From: Candidatus Woesearchaeota archaeon
Lineage (GTDB): Archaea > Nanobdellota > Nanobdellia > Woesearchaeales > 0-14-0-80-44-23
Direction: 5' to 3'
Assembly: GCA_038874135.1 (NCBI GenBank)
Contig: JAVZCZ010000001.1
Coordinates: 736,001 to 800,000 of the forward strand
Length of the DNA stretch: 64,000 nt
The notes under the pieces were generated by a model that was not told the origin of the DNA, ran no database searches, and saw only the letters and a program-made list of their open reading frames with translations. Positions 53,410-62,771 of this stretch are shown one piece after another (the stretch's first letter is position 1; every line of letters starts with the position of its first letter). A program made the translations under genes and the position numbers.

Positions 53410-55146
53410 TTAGTAAGCGTATTCTTCTTTCTTCTTCCTTCTCTTAAAGAAGGCTATCACTATCAACACTATCAGTACCGCTATTGCAATGGGAAGCCCA
53501 TAGGTTGTAGCATAATACACATAATCAAATCCTGCTTCTTTCATTGGGAACTTGGCTGTCTTAAACTTCACTAGAGCATCTTGCCGCTCTCCGTAGTAAG
53601 CATTAACTGTTATCTGAGAATTTTCATTTATGTCACCTTCAGTAAGCTTCTCAGGTGCGTAAACCTCTATCTTTCTCTTTTCTCCAGGCAGCAGTGCAAA
53701 GGCGCCTTTTGAGGAGATCGTAGTGGGTATTCCATTAATTATTACATCCGGAAGCTCTACACTCACATAAGCCTTAACCCTTCCAATGTTCTCTATCTCA
53801 ACCAGGAATGCACCCGTTCGCGCATTATACTCTAAGTTGGTTATGTTGATATCTGAGTTGTCCATAACTTCAATTACTGATATTACAACTGTTGCCTGAA
53901 GCACTTTTTCCAATGACTTTTTAGACTCGCCATACAGCGTGTAAAGGCTAGCACTTATATTTCCCTGCAATCTTTCAGAAACTGGATATGTCACTGTCTT
54001 CTTTGAATTCCCATCTATAAAGACAGCTTCAGAATCTCCAACACTAACCCTATTGCCATTTTCGTCACTTAGGATGATAGTTCCCTTAAAGTAAGCTGCT
54101 TGGGGTTTTGGATTTGAGTATGTGACCTCTAACCTCTGAGTTGCTCTATTGTAAGTTATCTGAAATAGTTCAAGCTGCAGCTCATATTTGGGAAGATAAA
54201 AGAGATCCAGCCCTTCTACCTGTGCTATTGCGCCCTGAGGATTTCTAGCTCCTTGAGCAAACTTTACAAACACGCTCAGCCCAAGGTTTCTTCTAAGCGT
54301 AGTTGCAGTTCCAACCAGCTCATTTCCTATGAGGACTGCAAACTTTATACCGCTCTTCTTTACAAACTCGCTTACAACATCTGGAACATTGTTTGAACCT
54401 ATGAATATTACCGGCTCAACCCCGCTCATTATCTCTTTTTCTATGAACTCTCCATTTGTGAATATGACCTGCTTTTTGTCAGATATTGCAAGATATCTCT
54501 TTTGTATTTCTATGTTGTTCTCAAAGCGGTCGCCTTCCTTGTTTATCACTTCAGGATTGTATTTCTGGAAGGTGGAAAGCACGCTCCTATCCACATTTCC
54601 ATAAATTATTATCTTATCAACTCTTCGCGAGGATAGAAGAGCATCTACTCTGCCCACATTTCTGCTGTTCACAAATAAGACATACCAGCCGTCCAAAACA
54701 GCATATGGTGCCACAGATATGGCATTATAGCCATACGAATCATCTATTATTATAAACTTGGTAATCTGCGGGAGGTTGTTTTTTAGCAAATCTAAGTTTA
54801 CATCCGAATATGAAAGCTCTTCTGCATTGAAACCACGCGCCTCAACAATAGCCCTATACCCAACAACATATGGAACTTTTGAGGAGCTGATTATCTGAAT
54901 GTTCTTCTTATTTGGATCTATCGTATTCAAAAGAAGAGGGCCCGCCTTGCTGCTTACTAAAAAGCCGTTATCAGCTTTTATCAGGTTGGCGTATAAAAGC
55001 GTTGAATAAACATCTCGCCAGTCCTGCGAATTGGCTATTACATAATCCGGAGTAAGCGCTTGAACCCCCCTTGCTATGAGTATTCCAGCAATAATGAGAA
55101 TTATTCCAAAAGCCAACCTGCTCCTCTTCATAAGTTTCCACCCCAA
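53410..55146 (-). CDS. Secreted, C-terminally anchored surface protein with cell-wall-binding-repeat-2-like alpha/beta units and Ig domains
   Basis: Signal peptide; AISVAPYA..VLFV, IIIYG, GDRFENNIEI; C-terminal TM plus KRRKKK. Confidence 0.7.
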   Translation of the reverse strand: MGWKLMKRSRLAFGIILIIAGILIARGVQALTPDYVIANSQDWRDVYSTLLYANLIKADNGFLVSSKAGPLLLNTIDPNKKNIQIISSSKVPYVVGYRAIVEARGFNAEELSYSDVNLDLLKNNLPQITKFIIIDDSYGYNAISVAPYAVLDGWYVLFVNSRNVGRVDALLSSRRVDKIIIYGNVDRSVLSTFQKYNPEVINKEGDRFENNIEIQKRYLAISDKKQVIFTNGEFIEKEIMSGVEPVIFIGSNNVPDVVSEFVKKSGIKFAVLIGNELVGTATTLRRNLGLSVFVKFAQGARNPQGAIAQVEGLDLFYLPKYELQLELFQITYNRATQRLEVTYSNPKPQAAYFKGTIILSDENGNRVSVGDSEAVFIDGNSKKTVTYPVSERLQGNISASLYTLYGESKKSLEKVLQATVVISVIEVMDNSDINITNLEYNARTGAFLVEIENIGRVKAYVSVELPDVIINGIPTTISSKGAFALLPGEKRKIEVYAPEKLTEGDINENSQITVNAYYGERQDALVKFKTAKFPMKEAGFDYVYYATTYGLPIAIAVLIVLIVIAFFKRRKKKEEYAY

Positions 55147-55181
55147 AATGAATACTTTTAAGTATTAATGCGGAGCTTTTT

Positions 55182-56330
55182 TTAAATCTTTTGCCCTATT
55201 ACCCTCTTGTTTTCAGGCAAGTCCTCTGAGCAGTAGTAGTCAGCCAGCTGGAATAATGCCTTAAAAATAAATAGGACAGCTAATATGTTGAAAAGCACAA
55301 TTAATGCTAATGGAATCTGCATGCTGGCAAGGTCAGCGTTTGAGATGTAGATTGAAATTGCTAGTGCTGCAATGCCTAAATTCTTTACTAAAACACCATC
55401 TGAAAGCAGCAATAGTGCTGATAATAACAGGGGAAACAGCACTCCACCAAGGCGAACTAGCAGGTAAGCAGAGCTGCTGTTGCATGTAACTTTTGTAAAG
55501 AAGTGCTCATTTGCGTCTGAACTAAATATTACTGACTCACAAGAGCAGTTAAGAGCTAAGCCGACCAATCCGTGTCCCAGCTCATGAACTGCTATCGTGC
55601 TTGCAAAAAGAAATGTTAACATTGAAATCATAAAAAAGAGGTAGTGTACGAATCTAAGAGAATTTTTACTAAGTCCCTCTTCAAATTTTTTTCCTTCACT
55701 TCTTTCAGCATCCTTAAACTCAACTAATCCTCCAGAATTTCTAATTAGAACCATGAGTGCAGCGCATAGAAAAATCAAGGGAGCAAACCAGAATTTTCCT
55801 ACTAAAATTCTTAGTGAAGAAAACAAAGATATTACGCTGCCCAGCAGCCCGTACAAAGCAATTAAAAGCCAAGCCTCTGAAATCGCCTTATGCGAGCTAG
55901 TGTATTTTGGATTATGAGCAATTCTGAGCATCACTCCCAAGAGCATGAGCAGGAGAAAAGATAGCAGGTTTAGTATGAATAAGAATGATCCGGGAATTAT
56001 AGCCATTCCAACAGCGGCCATGCTGAAAATCGTCATAAACAAAATTATCCGCTTGTCTCCAGCAAGCAGGTAAGCTATATAGGATAAGAGTGCTGCTAGG
56101 GGAGTGATAAAAGCAGAGCCTGCTAGGATGAGTTCCAGCTCAGAAGGTTTGACATGGCTGAAAGCCCAGAAAATGTTTAGAACGCCGGAAGCAAGGTAGA
56201 ATCCTGAGAGAAAGATAAAACTCCAAACGAGCCTTCTCCCCTCTTCTTTGTTTATCCTTGCAGTGAGAATCCAGCAGAGCAGGGTAGCTAAAAAAAAGAA
56301 CACCGCATTTACAATAAGTATTTCTTCCAT
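55182..56330 (-). CDS. Polytopic membrane protein with C-terminal HExxH (M50-like metallopeptidase) region
   Basis: Many TM helices; TIAVHELGHG, LGG..P and ADL motifs; ATG at 56330 preferred over the track start at 56405. Confidence 0.65.
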   Translation of the reverse strand: MEEILIVNAVFFFLATLLCWILTARINKEEGRRLVWSFIFLSGFYLASGVLNIFWAFSHVKPSELELILAGSAFITPLAALLSYIAYLLAGDKRIILFMTIFSMAAVGMAIIPGSFLFILNLLSFLLLMLLGVMLRIAHNPKYTSSHKAISEAWLLIALYGLLGSVISLFSSLRILVGKFWFAPLIFLCAALMVLIRNSGGLVEFKDAERSEGKKFEEGLSKNSLRFVHYLFFMISMLTFLFASTIAVHELGHGLVGLALNCSCESVIFSSDANEHFFTKVTCNSSSAYLLVRLGGVLFPLLLSALLLLSDGVLVKNLGIAALAISIYISNADLASMQIPLALIVLFNILAVLFIFKALFQLADYYCSEDLPENKRVIGQKI

Positions 56331-56422
56331 AAAATGTATTTGGCACTTGCACTTTATAAAATTGCGCCTCTCAATTTGTTTTAACCTAAAAATATAAAAG
56401 AGCACAACTATTTACTTAGTTT

Positions 56423-57481
56423 ATGAAGAGCAGAGAAGGAGCCTGCTTTATGCGAGCCGAAGTTAGTATAGAAGATCCGGAATTCTACATAAAGCAGGCG
56501 TTTTTAAACGCTCGCAAAGCCCTCTCTCAGAAGGAAAAGAAAAGGAAAAAGTCTAAATCAGGATTCTTCTCAGCTAAGCGGAGATATGCAGATAGGATAA
56601 CTTTGTTTCAGCAGTTTTTCAAAGAGCGCTTCTCAGAGATTATAGGAGCATTTCCGGAGTTGTGGCGGCTTTCTCCATTTTATAGAGAGCTTACTAATAT
56701 AACATTTGGGGTTGACGAGTTCAAAAACGCGCTCGGCTCGCTCTCCTGGACAATCTCTAAGATTAACGGGCTTTCAAGTCAGTATAGGATTAAGATTTTA
56801 TCTGCGGACAACTTAGAAGAAGCTCGCAATTTGATGAGGGAGTATGAAGGGAGAATCTCCTCGCTGCTGAGGGAGTTAAGCCCAGCTCTGAACTTCTTGA
56901 GAACTGCTAAGGAAGAAATAAGGAATTATCCAATAGTTAGGCAGGACACCTTCACTGTTGCAATAGCTGGCTTTCCAAATGTTGGCAAGTCCACACTTCT
57001 CTCAAAACTAACAAAATCGCGCCCGGACATAGCGCCATACCCATTCACTACTAAATCTCTTCTATTAGGGTATGCCAGCGCCTTTGACTTTGCAAGCTCA
57101 GACATTCAGATAATAGACACGCCGGGAACTTTGGACAGGCCTGAGAAGATGAACAGCATAGAAAAGCAGGCATATTCTGCAATGAGAAACCTTGCTAATC
57201 TGATAGTTTATGTTTTTGACCCAACGCTCCAATACCCTTTACAACTTCAAGAACAGCTCCTTTCAGAGATAACCACCTTCGGAAAGCCGGTGATAATTTA
57301 CATAAGTAAGACTGACATTCAAAGTGAGGAAGTAGTGAGAACTGTTGAAGAAATAAAAAACAAGCACAATTCTTTTACAAATTCAGAAGAGCTGGCTTCA
57401 GAACTTAGAAGGATTGCTAGAGAGTATTACGCTAAGCTTAAGGCTCAAAAGTTTGGAAACAAAAATAAAGGCTCAAACTAA
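56423..57481 (+). CDS. NOG1-family (Obg-like) GTPase
   Basis: LSPFYREL, GRISS, AGFPNVGKST, PYPFTTK, IIDTPGTLDR, SKTD. Confidence 0.9.
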   Translation: MKSREGACFMRAEVSIEDPEFYIKQAFLNARKALSQKEKKRKKSKSGFFSAKRRYADRITLFQQFFKERFSEIIGAFPELWRLSPFYRELTNITFGVDEFKNALGSLSWTISKINGLSSQYRIKILSADNLEEARNLMREYEGRISSLLRELSPALNFLRTAKEEIRNYPIVRQDTFTVAIAGFPNVGKSTLLSKLTKSRPDIAPYPFTTKSLLLGYASAFDFASSDIQIIDTPGTLDRPEKMNSIEKQAYSAMRNLANLIVYVFDPTLQYPLQLQEQLLSEITTFGKPVIIYISKTDIQSEEVVRTVEEIKNKHNSFTNSEELASELRRIAREYYAKLKAQKFGNKNKGSN

Positions 57482-57497
57482 TATCTTTTTATAAGGT

Positions 57498-57803
57498 TTA
57501 CTCATATGCGGTTAACTTCTTGTTCTTCGCCCTTCTAAGCTTTTCTCTTATTAGGTCAATCTTCTGGCTGCAAGTTGGGCATAGCATTATTATGTTTGAG
57601 AACTCATCTTTTCCCCCGCTGGCAATAGGAATTAGATGAAAGAAGTGGCACTCCTTCAGCCTTACGGGAGTTTTGCAGTTCGCGCATCTTAAGGTTATTT
57701 TCTGCTCGTGTCCACACTCAGAACATCTTATAATACTATTCTCCAGAAACTCTAAGATTACTGAGCGCTTCACCTGCTTGCTCATACTTAGATATACTTG
57801 CAC
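57498..57803 (-). CDS. Small zinc-ribbon/HNH endonuclease-like protein
   Basis: CSEC, CANC, HLIPIASGGKDEFSNIIMLCPTC. Confidence 0.7.
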   Translation of the reverse strand: MQVYLSMSKQVKRSVILEFLENSIIRCSECGHEQKITLRCANCKTPVRLKECHFFHLIPIASGGKDEFSNIIMLCPTCSQKIDLIREKLRRAKNKKLTAYE

Positions 57804-57809
57804 GCCTGT

Positions 57810-59984
57810 TTAAATCTTTTTCTCCCCAATAAGCTTTGAACTCTCTTTAGTCCCATTATCTTTTTCATAATATTCCTGCTTAGAAGGGCATTCGGGATTC
57901 AGGCAGAACTTCCAAGGCCTCTTCCCCTTGTTAATTATTAGAACAATTGGCCAGGAGCACTTTTCACACTTCTCTTCGGATGGCTTAACCATTCCCTTCT
58001 GCGGAATGCTGAAAGTTGTCTTGCACTCAGGATAGCGGTCGCAGGCGATAAACCTCTTCCCCGACTTCTTTGAGAATAGTATTTTGAGGTTTCCCTCATT
58101 ACAGGATGGACACTTTCCAACAGTGTTCTGACTGTGAATAGTTTTTTCATTCGCATCTTTAAGCTCAGCTCCCATCTCCTTCTCCTGTTTCTTGAACTTC
58201 AAAAGCACCTTAGTCAGGAGCTCTCGCGCTTCTTGAAGGACTTCTTCCCTCTTCTTTTTTCCTTCCATGACAAGGTCTGCTTCGTCTTCAAAATGCCTCG
58301 TAAGCTCTACATCCACTATCTCCGGACAGTATCTTTCAAGAGTTTTTTCAGTGGTTATGCCAAGCTGAGTTGCCCTTATTGCCTGCCCTTCAATGTAGCC
58401 CCTCTTATAAAGCGTTTCAACAACAGTTGCCCTAGTTGCTTTAGTCCCCAGGTTCTTTGCAGAGAGCTCGCTAACCAGGGAAGCTGGGGAATACCTCTTA
58501 GGCGGCTGGGTCTCCTTCTCCTCAATCCTAATTGAAAGAACCTTAACCTGCTGACCCATCTCCATTTTTGGAAGCTGCGCCTCCTTGATATTAGCGTAAG
58601 GAGCATACAATTCCATCCAGCCCCTCTCACGAATTGAGAGGCCCTCGCATACAAAAGTTTCAGGACCAGATACAATTTCAGCTTTTACCCTCTCTAAAAC
58701 TGCAGGATTTCCAAATGTTGCCAGAAATCTCTTAACAATCAGGTCATAAATCTTTTCAGATTCGGAGTCCAGCTTCTTAGGTGCATTTCCCGTGGGATAA
58801 ATTGCAGGGTGCGCTGGATCGGTCTTCTTTCCATTGTTGGGAGTCAGCTTTGCACTTCTTAAATCTTGGAATCCGCGCATTCCAGTAAGCTTCTCAATCA
58901 GCACAGCATAATCTCTCTGCTTTTGCAGGGATGACATTATTTCGTTGAATCCAATACTGAGAGGAAGCTGCTGAGAAGAAGTTCTTGGGTAAGATATAAG
59001 CCCCTCAGTGTATAGCGCCTGTGCAATGTCCAGACACCTTTTAGGATTAATGCCGAAGCACCTATAAGCTTCTACCTGCAGTGTAGTCAGGTCAAATGGG
59101 AAAGGTGGGCTCTTAAAAACTTCGGAACTTTCAACCCTTGCTACAGAGCACTTGCTCCCAGAAGCGTTCTTTAGAGCAAGCTCAGCCTCTTCCTTATTCC
59201 AGAACCTATCATGCTTGTGCACAGCTTCAAAATTTTCACTTCCGACCCTGCCGTTGAGTATAACCTGCCAATATTTTTTTGGAACGAAACTACTTATCTG
59301 CTCCTCCCTGTCTACAACTATCTTAAGCGCTGGGCCCTGCACCCTTCCTGAGCTCATCACTTTAAATGTGCCAACACTCTTTATTGCAGATGTGAGAGCT
59401 CTTGAAATGTTTATGCCGTAATAGTAATCCAACTCGTGTCTCAACAGTCCCGCTTCTGCCTGGCCCCAGTCAATTGTTGGGCTCTTGTTCTCATAGGCAC
59501 GCACCAGATCCTTCTGAGTAAGTGCAGAGAACTTCATCCTGCAGCCGTCCTTCTGCTTGCAGATGAACCTTAGAACATTTAATCCAATTACTTCACCCTC
59601 TATATCGTAATCAGTGGCAACAGTGAAAAAGCTTGACTTCGCGCTTGCAGCTTCCAAAGCTTTTATGTATTTCTTAGTGTGAGCGCTTTCCTTCTTAATC
59701 TTATAAGCAGGAGCCCACTCCACTTCAAAAACAGGATACTTCCACTTGTTACCTCCTTTTTCCATAAGCCCAAAGAGGTGGCCCACAGCGCATCCGACTA
59801 ATATTTTCCTGCCGCCCCTCTCAATCTCATAATATGGAACGCCTCCCTCAGAAATCCTCTTTACAGTGCCTTCTGCCAGCGCATTAGCTATCCTGGCAGC
59901 AACTTTCGGCTTCTCAGTTATTATCAACTCGTAACCTTCGCCTAAAGCTTTTTCTCCTTCCGATTTTGAAGCCCTTCTAGCCAT
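57810..59984 (-). CDS. topA: Type IA DNA topoisomerase (archaeal TopA/TopoIII) with C-terminal zinc fingers
   Basis: ITEKP, VGHL, ATDYDIEGE, SSGRVQ, ISYPRT (catalytic Tyr), AHPAIYPT, LGTKATR. Confidence 0.95.
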   Translation of the reverse strand: MARRASKSEGEKALGEGYELIITEKPKVAARIANALAEGTVKRISEGGVPYYEIERGGRKILVGCAVGHLFGLMEKGGNKWKYPVFEVEWAPAYKIKKESAHTKKYIKALEAASAKSSFFTVATDYDIEGEVIGLNVLRFICKQKDGCRMKFSALTQKDLVRAYENKSPTIDWGQAEAGLLRHELDYYYGINISRALTSAIKSVGTFKVMSSGRVQGPALKIVVDREEQISSFVPKKYWQVILNGRVGSENFEAVHKHDRFWNKEEAELALKNASGSKCSVARVESSEVFKSPPFPFDLTTLQVEAYRCFGINPKRCLDIAQALYTEGLISYPRTSSQQLPLSIGFNEIMSSLQKQRDYAVLIEKLTGMRGFQDLRSAKLTPNNGKKTDPAHPAIYPTGNAPKKLDSESEKIYDLIVKRFLATFGNPAVLERVKAEIVSGPETFVCEGLSIRERGWMELYAPYANIKEAQLPKMEMGQQVKVLSIRIEEKETQPPKRYSPASLVSELSAKNLGTKATRATVVETLYKRGYIEGQAIRATQLGITTEKTLERYCPEIVDVELTRHFEDEADLVMEGKKKREEVLQEARELLTKVLLKFKKQEKEMGAELKDANEKTIHSQNTVGKCPSCNEGNLKILFSKKSGKRFIACDRYPECKTTFSIPQKGMVKPSEEKCEKCSWPIVLIINKGKRPWKFCLNPECPSKQEYYEKDNGTKESSKLIGEKKI

Positions 59985-60123
59985 ACTAAAACAAACCCTT
60001 ACAAATTTAAACCACAGCAGGAAGCATATAAAAAGCTTGCGAAAGAAAATTTACGCCGAATCATAATAACATGACAACATCCTTTGCGAAAGCTTTAAAA
60101 ATGAATGGGGGCTTCCCACCTGT

Positions 60124-60648
60124 ATGGCGAAGCTAAGAAAGGGAAGGGCTTACAGGAAGCTGAAGAGGCCTTACACCAGAATTTCCAAGTTCAGGAACAA
60201 GTCGTTCGTAAGAATGGACCCTCACATCAAAGTGATAAGGTTTGTTATGGGGGATCCTAACAAGAAGTTTGAATACACCTTAAACTTGATTGCTAAGTCC
60301 TCTCTTCAGATAAGACAGGAGGCAATTGAAGCTGCAAGGCAGATTGCTAACAGGATTCTTGAAGGAAAACTTGGCAAGACCGGCTTCTTTTTCAGGATAA
60401 GAGCTTATCCTCATCAGGTGTTAAGGGAGAAGCCGATGGCAACCGGGGCAGGTGCAGATAGAACCAGTACGGGAATGGCAGCCCCATTTGGAAAGCCTAT
60501 AGGTGTTGCAGCGCGCGTCTTAAAGGGCTCTACGGTCTTTGAAGTCCAAGTGAATGAATCTGATTTGGACATAGCCAAGCACGCTCTCAAAGAGGCTTCT
60601 TACAAGTTGCCATTGTCATATCAGATAACTGTTCAGAAAAATAATTAA
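60124..60648 (+). CDS. rpl10e: 50S ribosomal protein L10e/uL16
   Basis: QIRQEAIEAAR, YPHQVLRE, GAGADR..GM..PFGKP.G, YKLP. Confidence 0.95.
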   Translation: MAKLRKGRAYRKLKRPYTRISKFRNKSFVRMDPHIKVIRFVMGDPNKKFEYTLNLIAKSSLQIRQEAIEAARQIANRILEGKLGKTGFFFRIRAYPHQVLREKPMATGAGADRTSTGMAAPFGKPIGVAARVLKGSTVFEVQVNESDLDIAKHALKEASYKLPLSYQITVQKNN

Positions 60649-60692
60649 AGTTATTCTTTTTTTACACTTCAACATTTTTTAGATGAGGCTTT

Positions 60693-62546
60693 ATGAAGAG
60701 AACAAGGATTTTTTCAATATTCTCACTGGCAATTTTTGTATTTGCTATGCTCTCAGTTACAACTTACGCTTCAAAAACAAATCTTCTGGCAGTTTCTGAA
60801 ACTGAGCACGGCCATGTTGGAAGCGTTGTGCCTCTTAACCTGGAAGTGCTTCCGGGAAGTGGGCGAATACTGATAAATACAGCCCCTCTCACAAGGCCGG
60901 ATACTCAGATTTCTTTTAGAATAGCCACGCAGATAGCCTGCGAGGAGGCAAATGTGGATTGTTCAACTCTAGACTTCATATACACTCTTGATTCCTCCTC
61001 GCCACTTGTTAGCGGGCCCAGTGCAGGTGCTGCAATTTCAGCCCTGGCATATTCTGAACTTAAGGGCTATCATATTAATGAGAATTATGCAATGACTGGC
61101 ACCATAAATGCTGGCGGCATAATTGGGCCTGTGGATGGAATTCGTGAGAAGGTGAGTGCGGCTTCCAGGGCAAATATAAGCCTTGTTCTAGTTCCTCAGA
61201 TAGAGTTCAGTTCTAGCTTAAACTTGAATAAGAGTCTAACTGAGAATTTAAGCAGTGAAAATTCGGATAATGAAAATATTGAAGAGTTTGGCGCTTCTAT
61301 AGGTGTTAGGGTTGTTAGGGTTTCTACACTATATGAGGCGCTTAGCTATCTAACCTCAGAATTTAAGTATGAGACGCCAGAAATCCTGAGGAATGCTGCA
61401 TATTCTGCAATAATGAAGAATATTTCTGAAGAGCTATGCGCTGAAACTTTGCAGCTTCTGAACACTTCAAGAGTTTATAATCTGTCTCAAGATTACCTCT
61501 TAGCTCTTAACCTTTCTCAGAAGGCAATGCTTGACTATTCAAAAGGCAGTTATTATTCTAGTGCGAGCAGGTGCTTCGGGGCTAATTTGAAGCTGAGAGG
61601 GCTTATCGCTTCTTCAGAGGCACCATATAGTGCTGAAGAAGTCTTGATAAGGTTTGATTCTGTTCTGTCAGCAATTCGGTCTGAGAGGCAGTCTCTTCCT
61701 AAGAGTTATGAAAGTTTGGAAGAACTTCAAGCATTTATGGTTACCTCTTCCCGACTGGAAGAAGCCTCTAAGTATTTAGACGATGCGAGGATTAACATAG
61801 TGGAGAAAAATTATACTGGTGCAATGCTTTCAATAACCTCTGCAGAGGAACGCCTTAAAAGCGCCATCTTATGGAAGAAGCTTTTTAACCTGCCCGGAAA
61901 AAAATTGAGCTTGTCAGAGCAGAAGCTTAAAAATGCGTGTATTGCCAAGATTGTGGAGGCTCAAGAGAGCTACCAATACGCCAACTTCATCCTTCCTGAC
62001 TATCTGAATTCTACTCGTGAAAAGATAATTTCTGCTCTTTCAAGCTTGAACAGCTCATACTATGCTGATTGCTTCTATCAGGCAGCTCTCGGTAAGTCTG
62101 AAGCCGATTCGGTTATTTTGCTTTCCAGTATGGAAGGTGAGAACCTGACCCCCTTCCTGGCTGCTCGGCTCAATGCATCAGAAAGGGAGATTTCTATTCA
62201 ACAGAAGGAGGGAATATTTCCGCTCATCAGTTTTAGTTATTATGATTATTCTTTATCTCTGAAGGAAGACTCCCCATCTGCGTCTATGTTATATGCAGGA
62301 TATGCCTTGGAGCTCTCCAAGCTTTCTCAATATTTCTTGTCTGATAAGAAAGTTCCTAGACAAATAATCCATTCTCTCTTATTAGTTATTTTGATATTTA
62401 TCGCAGGCGTTTCCTCGGGACTTCTGCTCTTTCTGGCATTTTCATCATTTAGAAGACGCAGGTTTAGAAAAGCACTGCAATTTAGCAAGGGTGAAGCTTT
62501 TAAAAAAACACCTAAGCATAAGGGTAAATTTCTTAGAATTAGGTGA
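60693..62546 (+). CDS. Secreted/anchored S16 (Lon-like) serine protease without AAA domain
   Basis: Signal peptide; PGSGR, SGPSAG (Ser), MTGTI..G.IGPV.G..EK (Lys); helical region; C-terminal TM. Confidence 0.85.
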   Translation: MKRTRIFSIFSLAIFVFAMLSVTTYASKTNLLAVSETEHGHVGSVVPLNLEVLPGSGRILINTAPLTRPDTQISFRIATQIACEEANVDCSTLDFIYTLDSSSPLVSGPSAGAAISALAYSELKGYHINENYAMTGTINAGGIIGPVDGIREKVSAASRANISLVLVPQIEFSSSLNLNKSLTENLSSENSDNENIEEFGASIGVRVVRVSTLYEALSYLTSEFKYETPEILRNAAYSAIMKNISEELCAETLQLLNTSRVYNLSQDYLLALNLSQKAMLDYSKGSYYSSASRCFGANLKLRGLIASSEAPYSAEEVLIRFDSVLSAIRSERQSLPKSYESLEELQAFMVTSSRLEEASKYLDDARINIVEKNYTGAMLSITSAEERLKSAILWKKLFNLPGKKLSLSEQKLKNACIAKIVEAQESYQYANFILPDYLNSTREKIISALSSLNSSYYADCFYQAALGKSEADSVILLSSMEGENLTPFLAARLNASEREISIQQKEGIFPLISFSYYDYSLSLKEDSPSASMLYAGYALELSKLSQYFLSDKKVPRQIIHSLLLVILIFIAGVSSGLLLFLAFSSFRRRRFRKALQFSKGEAFKKTPKHKGKFLRIR

Positions 62547-62583
62547 TTTTGATAAGAAAATATTTTTTCTTATATGTTGAAAA

Positions 62584-62617
62584 CCCATGCAAGCAACCCG
62601 AAGGTTGCTTGCCTGGG
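62584..62617 (-). other. Stable hairpin with C(UUCG)G tetraloop on the minus strand, followed by a short U-tract
   Basis: CCCA-T-GCAAGCAACC-CGAA-GGTTGCTTGC-C-TGGG on the plus strand; minus strand reads cUUCGg in the loop. Confidence 0.65.
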
Positions 62618-62771
62618 AAAAAGAGGTGATAGATCGTGATTTTTTCTACTATGTAGTGAAACTATCTAATATTTAAAACTTTCTGTTTTTTTCTATATTT
62701 TAGTAGTAACAAAATGGGGACGAATCTTTAAATAATTGTTAATTAAAGGTTTTTGAAGGAACAATAAAAAA

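Noticed and set aside
14547-55146. Provirus or integrated conjugative element
   Set aside because: No integrase, capsid, terminase, primase, relaxase or att-like/tRNA boundary recognised
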